Assembly: GCA_963667725.2 (NCBI GenBank)
Contig: CAXXHO010000003.1
Location: 1,632,001 to 1,696,000 of the forward strand
Reading direction: 5' to 3'
Length of the DNA stretch: 64,000 nucleotides
Origin: Treponemataceae bacterium
GTDB taxonomy: Bacteria > Spirochaetota > Spirochaetia > Treponematales > Rectinemataceae
Part shown: one piece after another, positions 46,868 through 57,762 of the stretch
Position numbering within the stretch: the stretch's first letter is position 1
Layout of the letters: each line of letters opens with the position of its first letter
Notes under the pieces: model-generated
The model's input: the letters and a program-made list of their open reading frames with translations, nothing else
Told to the model about the DNA's origin: nothing
Databases searched by the model: none
Position numbers and translations under genes: made by a program

Positions 46868-47821
46868 TCAGCGCCTCCCCGAATCGTAGATCTGGCCGGA
46901 AGCCTTAGGTCCCACCGATTTGCCCGCGAAGATGACGAGGGCGACGATGGTGAGCACATAGGGTAAGGCGTAGAAAAATTCTCCGGGCAGGTTCGAGAGA
47001 AAGGTGATGTCCTTCGCGTAGAAGGACAAGGCTGTCGAGAATCCGAAGAAGAGGCCTGCTCCCATCACGCCGAAGGGATTCCATTTCCCGAAGACCAGGG
47101 ACGCGAGGGCGATAAAACCTGTGCCATGGATGGACACGAGGGTGTACTGGATATCGGCCGTGAGAACCATGACGCCGCCCGCCAGACCGGCGAGAGCGCC
47201 CGAAGCCATGACGCCGAAGTAGCGCATCCAGGCGACATTAATGCCCATGCTGGCCGCTGCCTGGGGATGCTCGCCGCAGGAGCGCAGCCTGAGGCCGAAA
47301 GGTGTCTTGTAGACCAGGAGCCAGGTAAAAAGCACCATCAGGATGGCGATGTAGAAGGTTGGGTAGTTCTCTATGAAGAACATCTTTCCCAGCAGGGGAA
47401 TTTTTTCGAGCAGAGGCACTGTCATTTTCTGGATGCCGTTGGAGAAGGACTTCGTTCTCTGCTGGTGAAAGATGATCTGGCAGAGATAGACCGTCAGGCC
47501 GGCCGCGAGGATGTTGAGGGCTGTGCCCGATATGGTCTGGTCGGCTTTCATGTTGACGCTGGCGACGGCGTGGAGGAGGCTAAAAAGTATCCCTGCGGCG
47601 AAACCGGCAGCCAGGCCGAGCCATGGAGCGAGGGGCGTGACTCCCTCGAGGAGAACGGTGACCGTGGCGGCCGCGAAGGCGCCGATCATCATGATGCCCT
47701 CAAGGGCTATGTTGACTATTCCCGAGCGTTCGCTGAAAAGTCCTCCGAGGGCGGCTATAATGATCGGCGAGGCGAACATGAGGGCGATCGGAAACATTTC
47801 AAAAAATATTTTAACGCTCAT
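46868..47821 (-). CDS. Nucleoside/sugar ABC transporter permease
   Basis: FSERSGIVNIALEG motif. Confidence 0.9.
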   Translation of the reverse strand: MSVKIFFEMFPIALMFASPIIIAALGGLFSERSGIVNIALEGIMMIGAFAAATVTVLLEGVTPLAPWLGLAAGFAAGILFSLLHAVASVNMKADQTISGTALNILAAGLTVYLCQIIFHQQRTKSFSNGIQKMTVPLLEKIPLLGKMFFIENYPTFYIAILMVLFTWLLVYKTPFGLRLRSCGEHPQAAASMGINVAWMRYFGVMASGALAGLAGGVMVLTADIQYTLVSIHGTGFIALASLVFGKWNPFGVMGAGLFFGFSTALSFYAKDITFLSNLPGEFFYALPYVLTIVALVIFAGKSVGPKASGQIYDSGRR

Positions 47822-48912
47822 ACTCTATCTCCATCGGCCGAAACCGCCTCTTTCTTCTTGAACCGCTCCAGAAGAAGCTTGATCCCGAACTGCATCGCCA
47901 CGAAAAGGACGATCGAAGCCTGGATTATGCCCGCGATCTCGCGGGGTATGCCCTGAGACTGCATGAGGGGCTGCGCCGACTTCAGCATACCGAAGAGAAG
48001 GCCGGCGAAAAGTATGCCCGAGGCCTCGTTGCCGCCGACGAGGGCGACGGCTATGCCGTCGAAGCCATAGCCTTCGGCCGCCGACATGGCGCGCCCGAAA
48101 TTGAAGGTGCCGACCGTGATCACCGAACCAGCGAGTCCGGCGAAGGCTCCTGCTATCATCATCGAAAGGATTATGTTCCTGTTCACCTTCATGCCGGCGT
48201 AGCGCGCTCCGTCCTTGTTGAAGCCCACGGCGCGGAGCGAGTAGCCGAAGGTCGTCTTGTTGATGACAAATGAAAATATCAGCAGCGCGAGTAGGACGGG
48301 GATGAAGCCCCAGTTGAGCCTCGAGCCCCGCGTCAGCGACTGGAGGAAGGGCGACTTGAGCAGGGCCGTCTCGGGGAAAAAAGCCGTCTTCACCTTGTCC
48401 TGGGATCCGAAGATGTTGAGAATGACGAAGTTGTTGAGGTGCAGGGCTATGTAGTTCATCATGATCGACACCGTCACTTCATGGACGTTGAACTTAGCTT
48501 TCAGGAAGCCCGGTACGGCGCCCCAGAGCGCGCCCGCCGCCACGGAAGCGAGGATAACCAGGGGAAGATGGATGAACCTGGGCGCCTCGACGAGGAGGGC
48601 GACGGCGGTGGCGGCGAGGGAACCCACCATGAGCTGACCTTCGGCCCCGATACTAAAGAGTCCCGTGCGCGAAGCGAAAGCGAAGGCTAATCCCGTGAGG
48701 ATGATGGGCATGGCGTTGATGACCAATTCGCCAATATAGCGGGGATTGAAGGGCACGTCGTTGACCAGGTCGATGCCCGAAAAGCCCTTGAGCATGGCCG
48801 CGAACATGGCGAGGGGCGACCTGCCCGTCGCGGCGATGATGATGGATCCAAGGAGGAACCCCAGAAAAACGGCGATAAGCGGCAAGACGATTTTTTCGCG
48901 TCGTTTTGTCAT
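47818..48912 (-). CDS. Nucleoside/sugar ABC transporter permease
   Basis: GLFSIGAEGQ and GFDGIAVALVG motifs. Confidence 0.9.
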   Translation of the reverse strand: MTKRREKIVLPLIAVFLGFLLGSIIIAATGRSPLAMFAAMLKGFSGIDLVNDVPFNPRYIGELVINAMPIILTGLAFAFASRTGLFSIGAEGQLMVGSLAATAVALLVEAPRFIHLPLVILASVAAGALWGAVPGFLKAKFNVHEVTVSIMMNYIALHLNNFVILNIFGSQDKVKTAFFPETALLKSPFLQSLTRGSRLNWGFIPVLLALLIFSFVINKTTFGYSLRAVGFNKDGARYAGMKVNRNIILSMMIAGAFAGLAGSVITVGTFNFGRAMSAAEGYGFDGIAVALVGGNEASGILFAGLLFGMLKSAQPLMQSQGIPREIAGIIQASIVLFVAMQFGIKLLLERFKKKEAVSADGDRV

Positions 48913-50444
48913 GCTTGTCCTCCCTTCGGTGTTTTGCGCAGGGATCCGGACATCATGAGCCCCAGCTCGTTCTCGCTGGTCTCGGCCGCCGCGACGACGC
49001 CGACGATTTCGCCGCCATAGATGACGGCTACCCGGTCGGAGACATCGATGATCTCGTCCAATTCAAGGGAGATGAGCAGAATGGCCTTTCCCTTATCCCT
49101 CTCAGCCACGATCCGCTTATGGATATATTCGATGGCGCCGACGTCCAGGCCTCGCGTGGGCTGGGCGACGATGAAGACATCGGGAGAGCGGTCTATTTCC
49201 CTCGCGACGATGGCCTTCTGCTGGTTGCCTCCCGACATGGACCGTGTCGGCGTCGCGGCGCCCTGGCCCGTGCGTACGTCGAATTCGACGATGAGGCGAT
49301 CCGCGTTGCTCCTGATGGCTTTTCTGTTGAGCACCCCCCAGTGGGCGAAGGGTTTTCTCATGTAACTATGGATAACCAGGTTCTCGTCCAGATTGAAATC
49401 AAGGATGAGACCGTATCGGTGCCTGTCCTCGGGTATATGGCCCAAGCCCAGGTCCAGCCGCTCCTTGATGGGCATATTGGCGATATCCACATCGCGCAGG
49501 AGGATTCTGCCCCCCTCGACCTTGGTCAGTCCGGTTATAGCCTGTATGAGCTCGGTCTGTCCGTTTCCGTCAATGCCGCAGAGCCCCAGGATTTCGCCAG
49601 CCCTCACGTCGAGGGAAAGCTTCTTCACGCCCATCACACCCTTGGAATTCTTGACTTCCAGATCCTCTATCCTGAGGAGCGTTTCGCCGGGCTTCGCCTG
49701 CGCCTTCTCGACATGGAAGTTGACTTCCCTGCCGACCATCATCTCCGCCATGCGCTCTTCCGAAGTCTCGGCGACGGGAACCGTTCCGACGCATCTGCCC
49801 CGCCTGAGCACGGTGCAGATATCGGCCACCGCCTTGATTTCCTTAAGCTTGTGGGTGATGAGAAGGATGGTTTTGCCCTCGGCCACGAGGCGCCGCATGA
49901 TCTGCATGAGTTCGTGGATTTCCTGGGGCGTAAGGACGGCCGTAGGCTCGTCGAAGATGAGAATCTCGGCGTCCCGGTAGAGCATCTTCAGGATCTCGAC
50001 GCGCTGCTGCATGCCCACGGAAATGTCTTCTATTTTCGAACGCGGATCTACCGCCATGCCGTAAAGCTTGGAAATGGCCGCCACTTTTTTTTCGGCGCTC
50101 GCCGTATCGAGGAAAGGCCCCTTGCGCGGTTCCATCCCGAGAATGATGTTCTCGGTGACGGTAAAATTCTGGACGAGCTTGAAATGCTGGTGGACCATGC
50201 CTATGCCGAGAGAGGTCGCTATGTTGGGGTCGCTTATCTCGACTTCTTTGCCTTTGATCTTGATGATGCCCGTCTCCGCCTTGTAAAGGCCGAAGAGTAT
50301 GCTCATGAGGGTAGATTTTCCGGCGCCGTTCTCACCCAAAAGCGCGTGGATGCTGCGTTCTTCCACCTGGAGGGTAATGTCATCGTTGGCTCTGATGCCG
50401 GGAAAATCTTTGGTAATGTTGAGCATCTCGATGATGTATCCCAC
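48909..50444 (-). CDS. ABC transporter ATP-binding protein (dual domain)
   Basis: GENGAGKST, FDEPT and SGGNQQK motifs. Confidence 0.93.
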   Translation of the reverse strand: MGYIIEMLNITKDFPGIRANDDITLQVEERSIHALLGENGAGKSTLMSILFGLYKAETGIIKIKGKEVEISDPNIATSLGIGMVHQHFKLVQNFTVTENIILGMEPRKGPFLDTASAEKKVAAISKLYGMAVDPRSKIEDISVGMQQRVEILKMLYRDAEILIFDEPTAVLTPQEIHELMQIMRRLVAEGKTILLITHKLKEIKAVADICTVLRRGRCVGTVPVAETSEERMAEMMVGREVNFHVEKAQAKPGETLLRIEDLEVKNSKGVMGVKKLSLDVRAGEILGLCGIDGNGQTELIQAITGLTKVEGGRILLRDVDIANMPIKERLDLGLGHIPEDRHRYGLILDFNLDENLVIHSYMRKPFAHWGVLNRKAIRSNADRLIVEFDVRTGQGAATPTRSMSGGNQQKAIVAREIDRSPDVFIVAQPTRGLDVGAIEYIHKRIVAERDKGKAILLISLELDEIIDVSDRVAVIYGGEIVGVVAAAETSENELGLMMSGSLRKTPKGGQA

Positions 50445-50539
50445 CGTTCCGCCCCCTGGTACAGGATTGTTTTTATAAGTATAGCATGAAAAAAGTTGCC
50501 GAGGCTAGATAAAATCCGGCGGTGGCAGCAACGGCAAAG

Positions 50540-50574
50540 GAAGGGCCGTCCGCGATCTTCGCGGACGGCCCTTC
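50540..50574. terminator. Intergenic 16-bp inverted repeat (mRNA stabiliser or terminator)
   Basis: GAAGGGCCGTCCGCGA-TCT-TCGCGGACGGCCCTTC between the BMP and ATPase genes. Confidence 0.6.
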
Positions 50575-50620
50575 AGGCGAGTCGTCAGGTCCGCTTCGGG
50601 GCCTGACCTCTGCGATTGCC

Positions 50621-51622
50621 TTACTTCGCGGGAACTTCAGAAACCTTCAGCGTTCCAGCCTTGATCTTCGCGGCGAATTCTTTGACCTTGGCCACGATGT
50701 CGGCGGAAAGGTTGGGGTTCTTTTCGGGGATTCCGACGCCGTCGTTGGCGAGGGAGAAGACGAGGGTCTGACCGCCGGGGAACTTGCCTTCCATGGTCAT
50801 CTTGGAAACCGTGTAGGCGGCCACGTCGACGCGTTTCATCATGGAGGTGAGAACGGCGGACTTGTTGCCATAGACGCCGTCGGAGTACTGATCTTTGTCG
50901 ACGCCGATGCCCCAGCGGATGTCGCCTTTCTGCGAGCGTTCCTTGGCTTCCTTGATCATGCCGTTGCCGGTGCCGCCGGCCGCATGGAAGATAACGTAGG
51001 CGCCAGCGTTGAACTGTTTCTGGGCAATGGCTTGTCCCTTGTCGGGCGCGGCGAAGTCGCCGGCATAGTCGACGAGGATCGTCATGGAGGGATCGACAGC
51101 CTTGACGCCCTGCTCGAATCCGGCCTGGAATCTCTCGATCAGCGGGAACTGCATGCCGCCGAGGAATCCGAGGATATTCTTGCCGTCGGCTTTGGCTTTG
51201 AGCGCCGCGGCGACGCCGACGAGATAGGATCCTTCATGCTCGGAGAATACGGCCGAGGCGACGTTGGGTTTGTTGACGACGGAGTCGATTATCATGAACT
51301 TGCGGAGAGGATTGAGCGCCGCCACATCGCCCATCGCTTTCTCGAAGAGGAATCCGGGGGCTATGATGAGGTTGAGTCCCTCGTCGGCGAAGGTGGAGAG
51401 GTTCGGTACATAGTCGGCTTCGGCGGAGGACTGGAGATACTTATAGTTAGCCTTGGGCAGCTTGTAGTCCTTGGCGAACTTGACGATGCCTTCCCAGGTT
51501 CCCTGGTTGAACGACTTATCATCGATGCCGCCGACGTCAGTGACGAGACCGACCTTGAACTGCGCGAAAGCGGGGGCTGCCACGAGAGCAGCAATGAGAA
51601 GCACAAACAATGCTTTTTTCAT
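50621..51622 (-). CDS. BMP/PnrA-family substrate-binding protein
   Basis: GGIDDKSFNQ, IGVDKDQ and SMMKRVD motifs. Confidence 0.92.
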   Translation of the reverse strand: MKKALFVLLIAALVAAPAFAQFKVGLVTDVGGIDDKSFNQGTWEGIVKFAKDYKLPKANYKYLQSSAEADYVPNLSTFADEGLNLIIAPGFLFEKAMGDVAALNPLRKFMIIDSVVNKPNVASAVFSEHEGSYLVGVAAALKAKADGKNILGFLGGMQFPLIERFQAGFEQGVKAVDPSMTILVDYAGDFAAPDKGQAIAQKQFNAGAYVIFHAAGGTGNGMIKEAKERSQKGDIRWGIGVDKDQYSDGVYGNKSAVLTSMMKRVDVAAYTVSKMTMEGKFPGGQTLVFSLANDGVGIPEKNPNLSADIVAKVKEFAAKIKAGTLKVSEVPAK

Positions 51623-51759
51623 GCAAAATCCTCCCTTTAAAAACTAAGGAACGCCTCATTTCCGGTCTCAAAGGCCGGAACAAAGCCCCTAACAATAGTA
51701 AGGCTGGGCGCGGGGGTTGTCAACGATTTTTTCCTCAGGCCCAGCGTCATTGCCGAAAT

Positions 51760-52431
51760 TCAGTAATCGTTTCCGGCGACGATGGAAACGCCCGCCGAAG
51801 CGCCGATCCTGTCCGCTCCCGCGTTCAGCATGGCGATGGCGTCAGCCCTGGTCCTGATGCCCCCCGAGGCCTTTACCATAATGGAGCTGCCGACCGTCGC
51901 GCGGATCAGAATGATGTCGTCGATGGTGGCCCCGCCCGTGCCGAAGCCCGTGCTCGTTTTGACGAAATCGGCGCCCGCGGCCATGGCGGCTTGACAAGCC
52001 TTCACCTTCTCATCCGCGGTGAGATAGCAGGTTTCGATGTTGGCCTTCACGATATGACGCGCCGAAGCCTTTACGACGGCCCTTATGTCTTCTTCGACCG
52101 CTTTCCAGTCGCCCGCCTTGGCTTTCCCGATATTGATGACCATGTCGATTTCCAGAGCCCCCTGCTCGATCGCGAGCCTCGCCTCCGCCGCTTTGATCTC
52201 GCTATGGTTGGCGCCGAGGGGAAAACCGGTGACCGTGCTCGTCAGGATCCCGGAACCAGCCAATTCGGCGACGCAGAGCGGCACCCATACCGGGTTGACA
52301 CATACGCTGAAAAAATGGTGGAACTTAGCCTCGGCGCAGAGTTCGCGTATCGATGTCTCCGTAGCCGAGGCTTTGAGCAGCGTATGATCGATCGTCGCCG
52401 CGATTTCGGCGGAGGTCCATATCTTGTCCAT
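51760..52431 (-). CDS. deoC: Deoxyribose-phosphate aldolase
   Basis: [15 protein letters not shown] and VKASGGIR motifs. Confidence 0.95.
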   Translation of the reverse strand: MDKIWTSAEIAATIDHTLLKASATETSIRELCAEAKFHHFFSVCVNPVWVPLCVAELAGSGILTSTVTGFPLGANHSEIKAAEARLAIEQGALEIDMVINIGKAKAGDWKAVEEDIRAVVKASARHIVKANIETCYLTADEKVKACQAAMAAGADFVKTSTGFGTGGATIDDIILIRATVGSSIMVKASGGIRTRADAIAMLNAGADRIGASAGVSIVAGNDY

Positions 52432-52457
52432 GGCAGCTCTCCTTTGGTGGTTTTCGT

Positions 52458-53108
52458 TTAAATCTCGAATCTACGCGCCAGGTACTCGCGCCTTGTCGCC
52501 ACGAGCCCCTCGAGCTCCGCGAGCATGCGCGCGTCCGCCAGCCTGGCGATAGGGTAAACATGGTTCTCCGTCTCGTTCGTGTAACGCTGGACGAAGTTTA
52601 TGTCGGTGACATAGCCAAGGCTTATCATATTGGAAATTCTGTCGGCGGATTTGAGCACCTTGGCGCGCATGGAACCGAAATCGCGGATTCTCGCGAGAAA
52701 ATCGATCTTGTTCTCGATGGGCCGGCGCGTCACTTCCAGCACGAGCTTGTAGACGCCCGCAGCTTCGTCGTCTATGGAGAGGATACTGTCCCTGTCGATC
52801 TCCGGCACGTCCTCGATGAGGTCATGGATGAGGGAAGCCTTGAGCAGGATGGAATCGATGTATCCGTAGTCCATCAGGATGGCCATCGTGTCGAGCTGGT
52901 GCCTGAACATGTTGCCCCCGCTCCTTCTCAGCTTGCCGATGAGACCTGTGGCGAGCTGGATATAGGGCGCGAGGTGCATGTTCTTGAGTCTGAGCATCGC
53001 GCCCTCATCCATGGGAACGGATTCCGAACGCAGCGGGAGACTGGAATTCTGAATGCCGGGATAATCCTGGGCATCAAACGGAATACCTGACCTCCCGTCC
53101 GAATTCAT
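52458..53108 (-). CDS. HD-domain (RelA/SpoT hydrolase-like) protein
   Basis: LIHDLIED and KSADRISN motifs. Confidence 0.75.
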   Translation of the reverse strand: MNSDGRSGIPFDAQDYPGIQNSSLPLRSESVPMDEGAMLRLKNMHLAPYIQLATGLIGKLRRSGGNMFRHQLDTMAILMDYGYIDSILLKASLIHDLIEDVPEIDRDSILSIDDEAAGVYKLVLEVTRRPIENKIDFLARIRDFGSMRAKVLKSADRISNMISLGYVTDINFVQRYTNETENHVYPIARLADARMLAELEGLVATRREYLARRFEI

Positions 53109-55771
53109 GAGAGCTCCTCGACGTAATGCCGCAGTTTCGCCACTTTCGATTCGGCTTCGGCACCCTTTGTCCTTTCCTGCGCGACGATTTCGGCCGGGGC
53201 CGAAGCCACGAAGGCCTGATTGGCCAGCTTGGCCTGGACCTTGGCGGCGAACGCCGATTCTCTCTGGATATCCTTTTCAAGCTTAGCGATAAGCTTGCCC
53301 GAATCGACAACATCCTTGACGTGGATATGGAGCTCGAATCCCTTGCCCACGAGGACTACGGCGCCCAGCGGTTTCGGCGTATCCGGATCGAGGAAGCGGG
53401 GTTCAGGGCCATTGACGAGAAGGCCGATGAGGGCGGCGCCCTGTCTCATGAATTCCCGGCCGTCGAACCCTGTCTCGAGGCGGATATCGATGGGCATTTT
53501 CACTTCGGGTGGGATCTGGAATTCGGAGCGCAGCGTGCGCCCGAGGGTGACGAGTTCGCGCAGGCTGTCGAAGCGCGCGGCCAGCCCGGGGTTGAGTCTC
53601 GAGCCGTCCCGCTTCGGCCAGGGCTGCGAAATCAGCCTTCCCTTGGCGTTGGGCAGCATTCCATAGATTTCCTCGGTGAGGAAGGGAAGGAAGGGATGAA
53701 GGAGCCTCAGGGATTCCTCGAGGACCATGAGGAGGACGGTGGTGGCCCTGTCCTTCTCGGCGTCGCCGCCGAATTTGGTGGAGAGCTTGGTGGCTTCGAT
53801 GTACCAGTCGCAGAAGTCGTCCCAGAAATAGGAGTAGGCGGCCTGGGCGGCGTCGTTGAAGCGCCACGATTCGAGGGCCTGGGCGGTCTGGGAAGCAGCC
53901 TGTTCGAGGCGGTGCAGGATCCATTTGTCGGTGTCGGAGTAGGTCAGCGATTCGGGCGCGACGAACTCGCGTCCCTCGAGGTTCATGAGGATGTAGCGCG
54001 AGGCGTTCCAGACCTTGTTGGCGAATTTCGAGCCCATCTTGAAGCTGTCGCGGTCGAGGAGGATGTCCTGGCCGGCGGCGCAGTTGTAAGCGAGGGTGAA
54101 CTTGAGGGCGTCGGCGCCGTATTCGTCGACGATTTCGAGGGGGTCGATGCCGTTGCCGAGGCTCTTGGACATTTTCCTGCCCTGTTTGTCGCGGATGAGG
54201 CCGTGGATGAACACTTCGCTGAAGGGGGCTTTCTCGGTGAATTCCATGCCCGCCATGATCATGCGGGCGACCCAGAAGAAGATGATGTCGTAGCCGGTGA
54301 CGAGAGCGCTCGTGGGGTAGAAGCGGCGCAGATCGGCCGTGTCCTTGGGCCAGCCCAGGGTGCTGAAGGGCCATAGCCAGGAGGAGAACCAGGTGTCGAG
54401 GACGTCCTCGTCCTGCCAGATATCGTCAGACCCGCACTGCTTGCAGTAGAGCGGGTCTTCGCGTTCAACCATGACGGCGCCGCAGTGGCGGCAGTAGAAG
54501 GCGGGTATCCTGTGTCCCCACCAGAGCTGACGGGATATACACCAGTCCCTGATGTTCTCCATCCAGTGCTGGTAGGTATGTTCCCACTTTTTCGGAAAGA
54601 AGGTCACATCCCCGTCCCGCCAGGTCTTGAGCGCTTTTTCGGCGAGGGGTTTCATCCTGACGAACCACTGCTTGGAGAGGAAGGGCTCGATCGAGGTATG
54701 GCAGCGGTAGCAATGACCAACCGCGTGCGTTATTTTCTCCTCGGATTTGAGGAGGCCCAAGGCTTCGAGGTCAGCGAGCACAAGTTTTCTGGCTTCGGCT
54801 ACCTTGAGATTACGGTATTTTTCAGGGACTTTATTCGAGAGGGTCCCGTCCGGATTAAGGATGTTGATGCGTTCGAGGCCATGCCTGTTTCCCACCTCGA
54901 AGTCGTTGGGATCATGGGCGGGCGTTATCTTGACTAAGCCGGTGCCGAAAGCCCTGTCCACGTAGGTGTCGGCGATGAGTGGGATGAGCCTGTCGGTCAG
55001 GGGGAGCTTTATCATTTTGCCGAGGAGGGCGCGGTAGCGATCGTCTTCCGGATGGGCGGCGACGGCTGTATCGCCCAAGAGGGTTTCGGGCCTGGTCGTG
55101 GCTATCTCGATCCTGCCCGACGGGCATTCTGGGCAGGGTCCGTCGGCCAGTTCGTACCAGATGTGCCACATGGCGCCGTTTTCGTCCTCATGCTCGACTT
55201 CATCGTCGGAGAGGGCCGTGCCGCAGCTCGTGCACCAGTTGACGAGATATTCGCCCTTGTAGAGGAGGTTGCGCTCATACAACGTGACGAAGACCTCCCG
55301 CACGGCTTTCGAGAGCCCTTCGTCCAGGGTAAAGCGCTCGCGCGACCAGTCGACGCTCGAGCCTATCTTGGCGAGCTGATTGTTGATGAAAGCCTTATGT
55401 TCCTTGGCTACCTTCCAGGTTTCCTCGATGAAGGCTTCGCGCCCCATGGCGCGCCTGTCCTTGCCTTCCTTGCGGAGCTTTTTCTCGACGACGTTCTGCG
55501 TGGCGATGCCCGCGTGGTCAGTGCCCGGTACCCAAAGGGTCGGCCGGCCTGTCATGCGGCGGTAACGGATCTGGATGTCCTGGAGGCTGTTGTCCAGGGC
55601 ATGGCCAAGGTGGAGGACGCCGGTTACGTTGGGGGGAGGGATTACGATGGTGAAGGGCTTCTTGCTCTTGTCACCTTTGGGCAGGAAATGACCTTCGTCT
55701 TTCCACATGGCGTAAATCGAGTCTTCGAAACTCTTTGGATCGTAGGCCTTGGCCAGTTCGATCGCCTTCAT
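53105..55771 (-). CDS. valS: Valine--tRNA ligase
   Basis: PPPNVTGVLHLGH, WCISRQLWWGH and KMSKS motifs. Confidence 0.98.
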   Translation of the reverse strand: MKAIELAKAYDPKSFEDSIYAMWKDEGHFLPKGDKSKKPFTIVIPPPNVTGVLHLGHALDNSLQDIQIRYRRMTGRPTLWVPGTDHAGIATQNVVEKKLRKEGKDRRAMGREAFIEETWKVAKEHKAFINNQLAKIGSSVDWSRERFTLDEGLSKAVREVFVTLYERNLLYKGEYLVNWCTSCGTALSDDEVEHEDENGAMWHIWYELADGPCPECPSGRIEIATTRPETLLGDTAVAAHPEDDRYRALLGKMIKLPLTDRLIPLIADTYVDRAFGTGLVKITPAHDPNDFEVGNRHGLERINILNPDGTLSNKVPEKYRNLKVAEARKLVLADLEALGLLKSEEKITHAVGHCYRCHTSIEPFLSKQWFVRMKPLAEKALKTWRDGDVTFFPKKWEHTYQHWMENIRDWCISRQLWWGHRIPAFYCRHCGAVMVEREDPLYCKQCGSDDIWQDEDVLDTWFSSWLWPFSTLGWPKDTADLRRFYPTSALVTGYDIIFFWVARMIMAGMEFTEKAPFSEVFIHGLIRDKQGRKMSKSLGNGIDPLEIVDEYGADALKFTLAYNCAAGQDILLDRDSFKMGSKFANKVWNASRYILMNLEGREFVAPESLTYSDTDKWILHRLEQAASQTAQALESWRFNDAAQAAYSYFWDDFCDWYIEATKLSTKFGGDAEKDRATTVLLMVLEESLRLLHPFLPFLTEEIYGMLPNAKGRLISQPWPKRDGSRLNPGLAARFDSLRELVTLGRTLRSEFQIPPEVKMPIDIRLETGFDGREFMRQGAALIGLLVNGPEPRFLDPDTPKPLGAVVLVGKGFELHIHVKDVVDSGKLIAKLEKDIQRESAFAAKVQAKLANQAFVASAPAEIVAQERTKGAEAESKVAKLRHYVEELS

Positions 55772-56038
55772 GCATCCCCTCCGCGCTGTTCAAAAAGATT
55801 GATTCAAAGAGCATAGCGAAAAAGATACCGGAATGGAAGGGGAGAGCTGATTCTGATCTATGGCGGGGCGGCGGCAGCGGTTATCGCGGTCGCGGCGCTC
55901 GAACCCTTCGGGCGAATCCCCGCGAGCCTTCTTTTCACGAAGATGGATCTATACGATAATAAACGCAGGGAGAATCGGCTTCCGTCGGCGGAATCCGGCC
56001 GACGAGCATTCCCCAACTATTCCGCGAGGTGGTTTCAT

Positions 56039-57760
56039 ATGGATAATCAGCAGCCTTGGACATGTCTCGATCCCTTCAGGGGAAGGCTTTTTTCGGGAGA
56101 GTGGCCTACCCTGCCCGAACTTTTCGGCATTTCCGTCGAGCGTTTCCCGGACCGCCCCTGCTTTACGGTGTATTCTCCGGACAGAATCAGCCTCACGTAT
56201 AGGGAAGCCCACGCGAAAATAAGGAGCGTGGCGGCCTACCTGCTGTCCATAGGCCTTGAGAAGGACGCGAAGGTCGCCCTGACCGGCAAGAACTCACCCG
56301 AGTGGGCGATCGCCTACCTGGCCATCCTCGAGGCGGGAGCCATCGTCGTTCCCATCGATTATCAGCTGAGCCTTCCGGAAACGACGAACCTGATCGCCGC
56401 GTCGGACGCGAAAATTCTTTTCGTCGACGAGGAAAAACTGGCCGAGCTCAAGTCCGCCTGCCCTCAGCTCTCGAAAATCCTGACCCTCTACGAGGGCGGG
56501 GAGAATTACCTCTATAATCTGGCCGCCCCTTCCGGCGGCAGCCAGGCCCCGGGGCATAAAGCCGCCCAGGACGATCTCGCCGCCATCCTGTACACCTCGG
56601 GCACGACGGGAAAGCCCAAAGGCGTCATGCTGACGCACAAGAACCTGGTATCGGACTGTATGCTCGCCCAAGCCAACCTCCATATTTTCCACACCGACGT
56701 TTTCTACGCCCTCCTGCCCATCCACCACTCCTACACGATGCTTTCCGTCTTCATCGAATCCTTTTCCGTGGGCGCCGAAACGGTGTTCGGGAAACGTATG
56801 GTCGTCAAACAGATCCTCAAGGACCTGAAGGACGCCCACGTGACCATGTTCCTCGGCGTGCCCCTCCTTTTCAATAAATTACTGAACGGCATCCTGAAAG
56901 GCGTCAAGGAAAAAGGTCCCTTCGTTTTCGGCTTAATATCGGCCTTGATGGGGATTTCGGGAGCGACCAAGAAGCTGTTCAAGGTCAATCCCGGGAAGAA
57001 GCTCTTCAATTCCGTGCTGGAAAAGGCGAGTCTCTCCACCATCAGAATCTGTATTTCGGGCGGAGGGCCGCTCGCTCCTTCGGTTTTCAGGAAATACAAT
57101 GAACTGGGCATAGATTTCGTGCAGGGCTACGGTCTCACCGAGACTTCGCCCATCCTCACCCTCAACCCTATCGAGCATTATAAGGAAACCTCGGTCGGAA
57201 AGGTGATTCCACAGACCGAGATGAAGATCCTGGATCCGAATGAAGACGGGATCGGAGAGATCGTGGTGAAGGGTCCCATGGTCATGAAAGGGTATTACAA
57301 GATGCCCGAGGAGACCAGGGAAGTGTTCACCGACGATGGCTGGTTCAAGACGGGAGATTTAGGGTATCTGGACGAGGAGAATTACCTGTATCTCACGGGG
57401 AGAGCCAAGAACATGATCGTCACGGCAGGCGGCAAGAATGTGTATCCTGAAGAAATCGAAAACCGCTTCCAGCTTTACGAGGAAATCGACCAGATTCTCG
57501 TGAAGGGCTATGTCGACAAGGATGAAGAGGCTTCGGAACTCATTGAAGCCCTCATCTACCCCGATCAAGACTGGCTGAAGAAACTTCCCGGCGAGCAGGA
57601 AGCCGCGTTCCGGGCAGCCGAAACGAGGATGAGGGAGATTGTCGAAGAGGTGAATCAGAAGCTGCTTCCCTACCAGAAAATAAGCAAGGTCGCCATGCTC
57701 CGCGAGCCTCTCGAGATGACCACGACGAAGAAAGTGAAGCGTTTCAGCGCGAACGCATAG
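56039..57760 (+). CDS. Long-chain fatty acid--CoA ligase
   Basis: YTSGTTGKPKG, QGYGLTE and TGDLG motifs. Confidence 0.9.
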   Translation: MDNQQPWTCLDPFRGRLFSGEWPTLPELFGISVERFPDRPCFTVYSPDRISLTYREAHAKIRSVAAYLLSIGLEKDAKVALTGKNSPEWAIAYLAILEAGAIVVPIDYQLSLPETTNLIAASDAKILFVDEEKLAELKSACPQLSKILTLYEGGENYLYNLAAPSGGSQAPGHKAAQDDLAAILYTSGTTGKPKGVMLTHKNLVSDCMLAQANLHIFHTDVFYALLPIHHSYTMLSVFIESFSVGAETVFGKRMVVKQILKDLKDAHVTMFLGVPLLFNKLLNGILKGVKEKGPFVFGLISALMGISGATKKLFKVNPGKKLFNSVLEKASLSTIRICISGGGPLAPSVFRKYNELGIDFVQGYGLTETSPILTLNPIEHYKETSVGKVIPQTEMKILDPNEDGIGEIVVKGPMVMKGYYKMPEETREVFTDDGWFKTGDLGYLDEENYLYLTGRAKNMIVTAGGKNVYPEEIENRFQLYEEIDQILVKGYVDKDEEASELIEALIYPDQDWLKKLPGEQEAAFRAAETRMREIVEEVNQKLLPYQKISKVAMLREPLEMTTTKKVKRFSANA

Positions 57761-57762
57761 CC

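Noticed and set aside
48906..54376. Long antisense ORFs (48906-50489, 50522-51640, 53126-54376 and similar)
   Set aside because: Shadow ORFs of high-GC genes whose opposite strand encodes clearly recognisable proteins.
55772..56038. T-box riboswitch upstream of valS
   Set aside because: No recognisable T-box motif or terminator/antiterminator pair could be found by eye.
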